From positions 13,067,088-13,131,087 of the forward strand of contig CAVNZM010000004.1 in assembly GCA_963693365.1 (NCBI GenBank): a DNA stretch of 64,000 nt, read 5' to 3'. The stretch's first letter is position 1; each line of letters begins with the position of its first letter. Positions 53,809-64,000 of the stretch are shown piece after piece. The stretch comes from Amoebidium appalachense (Eukaryota; Protista; Ichthyosporea). Below the pieces are notes generated by a model, which made no database searches, was not told the origin of the DNA, and was given only the letters and a program-made list of their open reading frames with translations. Made by a program: the position numbers and the translations under genes.

Positions 53809-54035
53809 ACTCCTGCATACACGCACAGTCACCAAGTAACCCCCCTCTCTGCCCCCCCCCCCTCCCCGGTACGGCCCCTACACCCCCTGCAAGCACACCC
53901 ACACCATGTTAACATGTCCCCCCCCGGCCCCTCCTTCTTCCTCCTACCCTAAAAGGCATGCACAGTCAAGAATCGTGTAAACATTTCCCACAGCCATCTC
54001 CCTCCATCATACTTCCACCATACATACATCCATTC

Positions 54036-54078
<43 letters not shown>

Positions 54079-55213
54079 CCCATGTGACTGAGCCCTTGGG
54101 TCTGCACCTGCCTCCAGCAGCAACCTCACAGACCGCAGGTTGTTTGCCTTTGCAGCCCAGTGCAGTAGAGTGTATCCCCACAAAAAGTCCCTTCTGAGGG
54201 CCAGCTGGGGGTCCTCCACAAGCAGTGCATACAGTGTGCGGGTATCACTCTTGGCTGCTTCTACCTCGGACTGTAAAGGATATGGTCAGAGAGGAGACAT
54301 ACTCAGGTATACATCGTAGCACATAGCGCCTGTGCACCATTAGACACAAGCTTGACACACAGACACACCAACATCAAACACATGCAAGCTCATGCATACG
54401 CATCGTGTTTAGCACATGCACATACAACCATCCCCATCCGACTCCCCCACCCGCACCACCTACGAGCCTTCTCCGTGCCCTCTCCTAATGACATTGTAGG
54501 TGCTCACCTGCCATTCACCTCGAAAACAATGTGGTGCAACCCCCCCCCCCCCCCCCCCCCCCGGGCCATCAAATAAAGAAAAACACACATGCACCCACCC
54601 ACCCACCCACACAACACACACAAACCGCCACCACCACATTCACCCTTTCATCCTCTCCCACCCCCACCGCCACAGATCCATCTTCGACCCTTTCCTTGCC
54701 CTGCCTTGTTCACTCCCCACCTTCACTCACCATTAGAAACCATTGGAATAGTGTACATGTGTTTCTCAAACCAAAAGTAAAGACACATTGTGGTGACAAA
54801 GGTGCACATTGCGAAGTAGTCTGCCTCATAGACTTGCCTCCACCCATCCAGGATCCCCCCCCTTCCCTCCCCCCCCCAACCCCTTTCTCCCCCCTACAAT
54901 AAACTACACACACACACAAAGGACATACACCACCACCACATCACACAAACACGTCAGGAGAACATCCATACAAATATGTCGCAACACCCACCCACCCACC
55001 TACGCTGCCTGCCCACCTTGTGCAGTTCCCTCCCCACCTCCCCCCACCCCCCCACCGTTCCCCCACCGTCAAACACTGGTCTCGTGCCCCCCCCCCCCCC
55101 CCCCCCTCCCCCCCCCCTTCCTACCCCCCAAGTTTTCCTTCATTGCATTCCTGAACCACACCATAATCCTAGTATTCCACCAACCCATCACCATTTTGTA
55201 CACGCCAAACTCA

Positions 55214-55261
<48 letters not shown>

Positions 55262-56108
55262 AAAAAAAAAAAAAAAGACACACACACACAAAAAAAAAAA
55301 AAGAGAGGAAAAAAAAAAAAAAAAAAAAGGGATGGCTCACGGGCAGCAGTGTGTGCTCGTCCATGTTGCTGACGGGCCTCTTCTCCTTCTTCCTCTGCAG
55401 CTCGGCCACCTCCCTGGCCACCTCGTCTGGAAACTTCTCGACCTTGATGGAATGGATCACCCCCCGCATGTTGTTGATGTGCTCCATGAACCGCCCCGTG
55501 TTGAGCCGCGTCTCCTCCCCGTGCTCACCTGCTTCACAAACGAAAGAAAACCGTATTAGACAAAGCAATATCCACACGGTGTGTGGTTTGAGGAGTGACA
55601 CAAATGGCTTACACGGGTTGGCACAGCCTGTATATTCTTTATACAGCCGATTCAGGAGGATACCAACAGTTAGAGCAAAGTGGTCAAGGGGATTTCGAAT
55701 ATCACAGGGTTTGAAGTTCGAAAACCACCAAACGACAATAAGCAAGCAGAATGGGCAGGCTACGGCAATCACTGCATGGCACACACAGCACAGCAACAAA
55801 CACAAGCAACAATCAAAGATAACTTGCTCCAAAAGCATAAGGGAAAGTGATATACACCCACACAAGCTCACACAGAGAACAAGCAGCAAGGGACCACAAG
55901 CAAAAGCAAGACATGACTTGCCCCTCTGGTAACCCCCGTGCATCGCGCCTGCCTGCCTGCAACCCTGGTGTCTCCTCATGTAAGTGCCCACGTGACATGT
56001 CCACAATAAGCCAAAGCCCAACTTCCATTTCTTTCTAGCTCAAAAACAAACTACTGTAACCATTCAAATGATAACCCCCCCCTTCCCCCGCCCCCTCTCC
56101 CCTCTCCC

Positions 56109-56142
<34 letters not shown>

Positions 56143-56393
56143 TAAAGAGAAGATCTCCAACTCAGCAAACAGCATTCTGTTAAGCCAAGAGTCAAGCACG
56201 AATTGACTGAATGACCAACAAAGGGCAAGCCACATTTGCCTCAACTATCCAACCCAATTATCCCCCCCTCCCCCCCCCCCTCCCCCAACACACCCAAACC
56301 ACACACGCACACACACACCAGCCTGCCACACGTCTCAGTCATAAGCCACCCCAACAAACGCCCCCAAAATTGTTACGATGCTTGACCTTCCCC

Positions 56394-56442
<49 letters not shown>

Positions 56443-56933
56443 GGGTGGGGGGGGAGGCACAAAATAAAAAAAAGAAAGAAAAAAGCAAACCCCACCACCA
56501 CTACCACACACCCACACATACGCAAGCAAGGCATTCACATGCCTATCTACCTGACATCATCACCACACAATGCAACACAACGACAACAGAATTAGTCGGC
56601 CTCTCCCAAATGACCCCCCCTCCCCCCCCCCCCCACCCACCACCACCACCACACACACACACACACACACAACCCTAACTACCCCCAGATACTTCTCTCA
56701 ATAACGACCCTAAGGTTCCTAGAATGTGTTTCAGGAACAACAGGGTGAGAGGAGAGAGGTCGAGACAAGGAGGAGGGGAGGAACTGGGGGGGAGTGGGGG
56801 GAAGCGGGGCGGGGAGGGCAGGGGGAGGGGGGGAGCTTGAATGCACCACAAAGTGCGAAGTGCATATAAACAACTGACAACACGATGCAGAGTACAACCC
56901 ACACATGGAGTATGCATAACATCTTTTTTTTTT

Positions 56934-56974
<41 letters not shown>

Positions 56975-58279
56975 GGGGGGGGGGGAGGCACATCATCCAC
57001 AACAGTACCCGTGTTTCGCGGGGGGGGGGGAGGGGGGGGGGGGGGGTTGAAGTGACACCTTGGACAAAAAGAACAGAGGGGGTGAAGGGCAAGGAGTTCG
57101 CAGTGAGCCAAAAGGCAAAACGGAACAAAGGTGGAAAAGAGAAGGGAGGAGAGGCAGGTGAGAAAGAAAATGCCTGGAGGTGGGGGGGGGGGAGGGGGGG
57201 AAAGGGGGGGTGGGGGGTGGGGGGAGGGGGGGGAAAGGGGGGTGGAAGGAGGAGAGTTCGCAAAGACTTGTACTGGTTCACGTGAACCAGCAAACAACGA
57301 GACCCCATGGTTGAAAAGAGCATATAACTAAGATCCAACAGATGCAATCAACTGTGCTTCTCTTCCCCCCCCCCCCCCCCCCCCCCTTCTCCCCTCCCAT
57401 AGATATGACGCACGGCAAGAGGAAAGCGTCCCAGAGGAGGACACAGAAGTCAGATAGGGACGACGATCCTCTTTGCTAATGGCTCCACCAGACCAACTGC
57501 AACTCGCACCGGATCCCCCTCCCCCCTCCCCCCCACTCCCCGCCCCCACATTCCCCCTCCCATGCCTCTTTCCCCTTTCAAACCCCCCTTAAACCTTGCC
57601 CTCCCCGTGTTCTAACTGTTACACACAGCCACCCATTGCTGCACAATCCAGTGATGCTCGATATCCTACTTTACTCGTGGTATCTAAGCAACGCAAAGAG
57701 GGGACCGTTGTGATGCCAGCAACTGTAACGGTTATAAAATTAAGCGTAGGGAAGGGAAAAGCACACACCATATGGTTTGAGCAGGACTTCTCTTGACAGC
57801 GGTAACAAATTTCCAGCTACGTATGTATTCTTTCGTGAGTGAGTCAGCCCGTCTACCTCCTTGCCATTTGAGGCCTCCTTTCGTGGCCTAGGTGGGGCAC
57901 TTGGTTGCGAAGGGGGGCCCGGTGGAGCCGAAGTTGGTGATGGATTGGTAGGTGCTCGTGCAGGGGGTTCAATTTGCTTGGGTGAGGCTGCTGGTGGTCG
58001 TGGTTGTGCGGGCTCTAGTTTTCTGTCTGCTGAAAGCGAAGAAACACTGGCTCTTGCGTCTGAGTAACTTGTGCTGCTTGCTCGTGCGTCTACCGGGATA
58101 ACCTTTGGATTCTCCCCTGAAACACTCTTTCTTGGCTCTACCGGTGGCTGTGTTGTGCTGTCTGTGGACGGCCTGGGGGCAGCCACAGGCGGCAGGCCAT
58201 TTTCAGTTGAGGGTCGAGGCGCAGGTGCAGGTGCAGACGTTGAGGCCACTGCCTCTTGCTCCACTGCAGGCGAAGACAT
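52077..58279 (-). CDS. Ankyrin-repeat protein, SOWAH (sosondowah)-like, multi-exon
   Basis: Exons: Pro/Ser-rich N-terminus from 58279; ~55529-55340 (..MDEHTLLP); ~54270-54079 (LLVEDPQLALRRDFLWGYTLLHWAAK..DPRAQSHG); ~53428-53328 (GLTPLHTAAMG..ILMEKGADVDMKTN); ~52200-52077. The RDFxxGxTxLHWAAK..SHGGxTPLH pattern recalls animal SOWAH proteins. 5' exon junctions are uncertain. Confidence 0.75.
56836..56920 (-). repeat. Copy of the intronic tail repeat in the ankyrin gene intron
   Basis: ttgaatgcaccacaaagtgcgaagtgca..aacacgatgcagagtacaa..gagtatgcataa aligns with 1432-1520; G-run adjacent. Confidence 0.8.
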
Positions 58280-59460
58280 ATTGCGTAACTAATTAACACG
58301 GTTGCTGAGGCTCACAGAGACTAGGCGTTGCTCGCTCACATAATTTACTCCCTATCGCCTACACAAGCACAGAGTCTACAGACACTGCCTAATGTGTGTT
58401 ATGTATATTGCCAATGAAGCACCCAAAATGCTTGACTGGAATCTCTGCAAATCATGTAAAAAATTCAAGGCAAAGGAAGGGGAGAGTGACTACTGACGTG
58501 TAATTATAGCTCACTACACCGCTTTTCCTATGTGCGACGTGCTTGCCTGAACATGCCATACACATCTACCAAAACCAAAACAGGTCCTTTTTGGTAAACA
58601 CTGTTCGGAAAACCTTTGTGGCCCGGCAGGTGCAGCCCGCCGCGCTGCCGCAATAATTAGGAGGAGGGCAAATATTCATTGTGTGAGCTGGTCTGAACAT
58701 TGCATAGGATGTTACCACCGTTCGCGATTTCTGTGTTAAACTCATAGCAAGCAAAACAAAAAAATTTATGGGCTATATATTAGCTATGGTGTTTGCAAAT
58801 GAAAGACTACTAGAACTTTGTTTGAGTAAAACGGCCGGCACTCTCTTCGACTCAAACATGATCTTTAGACATTTGCCTGCTTCGCTCAATGCATTTCCAA
58901 CTGCATCATTTGATTGGTTGCAGTGGAAGCAATAAAAGCCAAATTTGGCGAAGTGCGAAAGGATATCTGGGACAGACACATCTCCCCTCTTTCCTTCCCT
59001 CTCTCTCCCCTTCGAATTCTCCCCTGGGCACAAATATATAAACCCGGCAGAAGTGTGTGTGTGACTTTGGACTGCCACTTACTTATTAAACATGTACACA
59101 ATCACAAGATAATCACGCAATATAACAAATGGAAAAAGATACCACACTACACTAGACCCGATGAAAGCATACACCTTGAAAAACTAAGCCTTATGTCTCG
59201 TTTTATATATGCTGACCGCCTCAACCATATTGCCAAATATGGCACTCGCAAATGTATAACACCTAAATAACATATTACCTTCCTCTAGAATTGGTCTTTC
59301 TCTAGCTGATGGTATTATTGATCAATTACGACGCTTTTACTGTACACGTGCTATACAGTGGAGATCTAATAAGTATAAGGTGGCATCGTTTGCATGCCCA
59401 AACAACACACACACACACCAGTTTAAACGGTCATGTATCGCCAAATGTAGTTTGATAGAC

Positions 59461-59498
59461 CCACGGCCATCTAGAGACTCGTCTCTAGATGGCCGTGG
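59461..59498. repeat. Perfect 18-bp inverted repeat with 2-nt spacer
   Basis: CCACGGCCATCTAGAGAC-TC-GTCTCTAGATGGCCGTGG. Confidence 0.95.
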
Positions 59499-59669
59499 AA
59501 AGACCACATAATACCGCAACACACACACGTCACATTCACAACAGACACCCAGAAAGATAGCCTACCTGTAAATTACAACATCCTTGATTTTATACTAAAC
59601 ACGCGTAACTACGACCTGTTTATTAGATGTATTGATTGGCTTGCGAAACACATCACTACAAAATTCTAG

Positions 59670-60027
<358 letters not shown>

Positions 60028-61625
60028 CGGCTGCATATCTATCAATAAGTGCAACCTGTTAGCTAACATATTAGAACCGGAGGTTATTGGCGGTTTTATT
60101 CTCTTTTCTTCCTCTCTTCCTCAATATATCCGTTTTAAGATGATTATCCTAGATCACCTTATTATTGCTGCACAGTATGATATTGTGATCCACTTTCTTT
60201 CGGAGCTACCGATGCTAGCCTAGCCTCTGCTTACCCATAATATGTAATAGGGGTGTCATATACTACGATGGCGCTCATTGTTGCCTAGCATGTACATATG
60301 TCACTGGCTGCATTTGATTGGCTGCGCTGGAAAACGCAGTAGGCCGTCGAATGTGGCTGGGCCTCCGGCAGTGTCCACGCAATAAAAAGTGTGTAAACAG
60401 ACTGGTTTCTCGTTGCCTCGAGTAAACAGCGTAAATCCCCACACATCCTACCCCCCGTTTTGGCCACTTTTTTTTTATCTCGGAAATAATGCAATCGCCT
60501 GCACACAACCCGATCCCATTCCGATCGAAGCGCCTCGACCCCTGCACCAAACCCGTTTTTGCCGGACCCGGCTCCGGAAGGGGCTGCGGTGTGGCTGCGC
60601 CTGGCTCACGGCCATCTATCTAGAAACACCCCGTGGCCTGGCTACATTTTGCCAGACCCAACTCTCCTTTTTTTACCGGCGGTTGGTGGATCATGTAGAT
60701 ATTTTATCTGCTATAGGTAAGGTGAAATATAATGGAGCATACACATGTACATACACAGAAATGCTATTTACAGCCACTGGCAGAGGATAGCAAATCTAGA
60801 TCTCTGTGCGCGTATCGCAATTCCGGCTTCTTGCAGAAGACATATGCAGGTTTTTGCAGCTGGGACGTCTCCTCGCGTATCAGCCAATAAAATCCGCATG
60901 TCGACCGCCACTTCTGGGATTGACATCTCGGAGGATTACGACCATGACGAGACGCGGCACCTGGGCACTCGAGTATTTAAGAAAGCAGCCTTGTCATCTG
61001 AGTAGAGCAAAAATAAAGCCTTGCCGTCGTTCCGAGCTTGTGCACTGCTCAGCTTTGCACATGCCGCAATGAACTTGGCCGCAAGAGCTGCCGCAATGAA
61101 CTTGGCCGCAAGAGCTGCCTGACCGCATGTGCTGGCCGCATGTGAAACTCCACAAGCAGCTGTGGTCAGTGTAAACAGCAAAATACTTTAATGGATATCG
61201 ATGTGCACGTGCCTGTACCGAGCACATGCAATTGCTTTTTCTGCTTTCGGGAGTGTGTGTTGGAACGGTAAGAGCTACAGTAAGTGCTACAATATCGGAA
61301 AAAGGTTACTTATATGTGGAAAAGGCTCAGGCGCACGTGCACTAGGCAAAGGGTGCCCTTAAATTAAAATACAGGTACATACCATACCATACAGGTGTTG
61401 TACAGACAGTCATATATACACATCCAGCTAAAGATCCCAAAAAAATACGAATCCTGGAGTTTAAATTTGTCTTCAGCATTACTGAGAAAGCTAAAAGTTA
61501 AAACTATGTAGAATTTTGGTTTCTTGATGACTAAGAAAACTATGATGCACCTGGGGCTTCATAGTCTAGGAATCCTGCGCGAATAGTAGCAACAGAGCAT
61601 ACCGAAAGTCAAAAAGTCACTAGTG

Positions 61626-62030
61626 CTATACTTCAGCCCCCTCAAGTGAAGCTCCAGACGGCACATCCACGAGCTCCTTGTAGTCAGTTTTCGGGCGAAC
61701 TAGTGCCGTAAATGTCCTAGCCTTTCGTTTTGCCGACGCCTCCGCCGCGGCTTTAGCCCCTTTCTTGGCCTTGTCTTTGTATAAGTTGCCGCCTCCATAG
61801 AACTCTGCCTTACGTGCCTCCGCTGCTCGGCTGTTCTTTCCCGTGCGATGGTAGAAAAAGCAGCCACATACAATACCGATAAAAATAAGAACTGTTGCCA
61901 AGACACCCATACAGGTGTATACTATTTCAAGCTGTGTTTCATCTAGTTGCAGCGTAGCAGGATCGAACGCGTCTGAAACGGCCAGGCATGTGTAGAAAGA
62001 GATCACGAGCGGTATCCCTACCACCTTCAT
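61626..62030 (-). CDS. Small type I single-pass membrane protein, unknown function
   Basis: ATG at 62030; signal peptide MKVVGIPLVISFYTCLAVSDA, short ectodomain, TM IVYTCMGVLATVLIFIGIVCGCFFY, basic cytoplasmic tail. Confidence 0.65.
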   Translation of the reverse strand: MKVVGIPLVISFYTCLAVSDAFDPATLQLDETQLEIVYTCMGVLATVLIFIGIVCGCFFYHRTGKNSRAAEARKAEFYGGGNLYKDKAKKGAKAAAEASAKRKARTFTALVRPKTDYKELVDVPSGASLEGAEV

Positions 62031-63443
62031 TTTAGGCAAATGTCTTGTAACACGTCACCCCGTGCAGTTATTTTCAACGTATACTTCAAAGACAGCCGCA
62101 ACGATCATCGGTTCTTGCCGATGTGCCGCAAGTTGGTTGTCCCCCGTCACAAGCCCAACAAAGGAGAAGGCCGGGGTGTCACGTCCTGTGTCAAGCCAGA
62201 AACATTATTTGGATTCTCGTCAAACTCTCCCTGCCTGGCCCGGACGCAGAACAGCACAGAGTATGACTTGTCGGGTGGCACGAGTTTTCAACTTCGGTAC
62301 ATCCTTCTGTTAGCGACCTTGTGGTTGGGCTCTTTGTGATGCTGGTGTCGAACATATATTAAGCTGATGTACAGTACGTACGGGAAGGCGACCAACTTGT
62401 CTCGAGAAATTAACAGGTGAATTTAAAGTGGTTTAGCTCAGCTCAAAAAAAAAAACCCGCACGTACGCGTGCACACGGATGCGTGACCAGCACGGAAGCC
62501 GCTAACAACTCGGCACTATTCTAGCCTAGCAAAACTGAACGTTTCTTTGCGTGCATCTCCTTGTTCCTGGCCTATGTGAGCATGAATTGATATCGTCTTG
62601 GCAAACACTTATAAATACGCGTAGCCACCGCTGTGTAGCGATTACATCCGTGGGCCAAAGCGGTGCGCAGCTAAAAGTTTCTTATGAAAAGCTACACGGT
62701 GCGCTACAAAGACTTCGAGACTGTTACAAGGGGTAATCACACTGATATGGCTGTTCGCACGTTGCAACGGTCGTTGTTCGTAAAATGTACATGTACTGTA
62801 CCATCGTAGCACTCGGCACGAATAAATCCAGTCAAAAGGAAAAATATTTCACACACATTCCAGAGTTTTATGTAGGGAAACATTCGCGAATTTTTGGTGA
62901 GCCCCGTTCAAGAAGCGCGAGATAAAAACAGCCAAAACCTGTCTCTGCAATCTACCAATAAAAAGTGATTTATATGCTTAATGTGCGGTTCAAAATTTGT
63001 TGGATTTCCAAAAAGGGGTTGTAGTAGGCCGTGTCTTCAAGAAAAGCAATCAATAAATAAAATAAAAAGATATATCAAACTCAATAAATGCGATTTATTG
63101 AGTTCTATCTTTGAGCTGCTTCTTGCATAATGATTGATTCGAAAGGAGTCTGCGAAAGCCCAGAGAATTGGATATTGATCTCCGGGAGATAGATGTATCG
63201 ATCTCTTTTTTAGTTGGCCATTAAAACATAAAATCATGCTACTTGGTAACATCGAATCAACAAAATGCATCAAATCATTGGTTGCATGTCATGTTGTTTA
63301 TTTACCACTAGTGACGGATTCTTTCGGCCAACAACAGAGTTTTTTGCTAAACAGCCTCATCAGTTCATCGTTCGATTTCGCGACGGATTATTGCCCCTTT
63401 ACTTTTTTTTTCCGTTTGTGTTTGTTAACGAAGAAAAATCATA

Positions 63444-63507
63444 ATGGCTGCCCGCGAGGACAACGTTTACCGCGCCAAGCTCGCTGAGCAGGCTGAGCGT
63501 TACGATG
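63444..63507 (+). CDS. YWHAE: 14-3-3 protein (epsilon-like), exon 1; gene continues beyond the window
   Basis: MAAREDNVYRAKLAEQAERYD followed by a phase-1 GT donor, the usual first-intron position of epsilon-type 14-3-3 genes. Confidence 0.9.
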
Positions 63508-64000
63508 GTGTGTGGATGCAGACGTGATGCCGTTTTTTCCCCCTTTTGGTCCCTCCTTTCCCCCTAGTTCCTGCTAAGTTAGCGAAAGGAAATTTTCTAT
63601 GTTGTTAGGGCTTGCCTGCTCCATCTATGAGGCATCCATCATCCATCCGCGACGCGTATGACAGAGGGACGCAGTGGACCGACGCTGAGTGGCTTGAGCG
63701 ACCCCTGGGCCACAGTCGTCCGCCCTAGGGTTATGAAACGGAGAGAAGCATCAGCATAAATTCAATTCTCGGAGACCGATGTTGGCAAATTAATCTGTGC
63801 ATGGAAATCATTATGGGCAACCACTATATTTTCACAGTGCCGAGTGTACCCACGCGTGCCCTTTTTTTTCCTCCATACAACACATTATTCTTTGTTTGCT
63901 TCTCTGAGAGTCGCGAGCAGTTTAGGCAAAGTCGAGTCGGGGACCGGTTCAGTGAAAATCCCCTGACCTGATTTTTCCAAGGGGCTTCTTTTTTCCCGGT

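Noticed and set aside
61062-61118. 24-bp tandem duplication (TGCCGCAATGAACTTGGCCGCAAGAGC)
   Set aside because: Simple local duplication with no further structure.

Overview
Intron-rich eukaryotic genomic DNA, saturated with poly-G/poly-C tracts and CA/GA microsatellites; the gene content looks like a unicellular opisthokont/holozoan (inference). Most ORFs in the supplied track are microsatellite artefacts. Supported genes: a 24-exon coatomer alpha (COPA, minus) head-to-head with a TAF8-like gene (plus); three intronless genes (secreted pectin-acetylesterase/Notum-like hydrolase, secreted 2xCBM14 chitin-binding protein, APC-family amino acid permease); a SOWAH-like ankyrin gene (minus); a small type I membrane protein; and exon 1 of a 14-3-3 gene. 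A young full-length Ty1/copia element (765-bp LTRs, identical by eye) sits in a G-run. It has a half-tRNA-iMet primer site, a Gag start inside the LTR, two atypical CHHC knuckles and a CCAAT-box cluster inside pol. The most unusual signal is in the last COPA intron: two tandem, diverged copies of a ~160-nt RNA structure with covarying stems, G-U pairs that work only on the transcribed strand, and hammerhead-core-like motifs in non-canonical order. Each copy is followed by a ~85-115-nt tail ending in poly-C. Head-truncated copies of that tail recur in introns of three genes, always in the sense orientation. Several inverted-repeat (MITE/foldback-like) elements are also present. All alignments and folds were done by eye.
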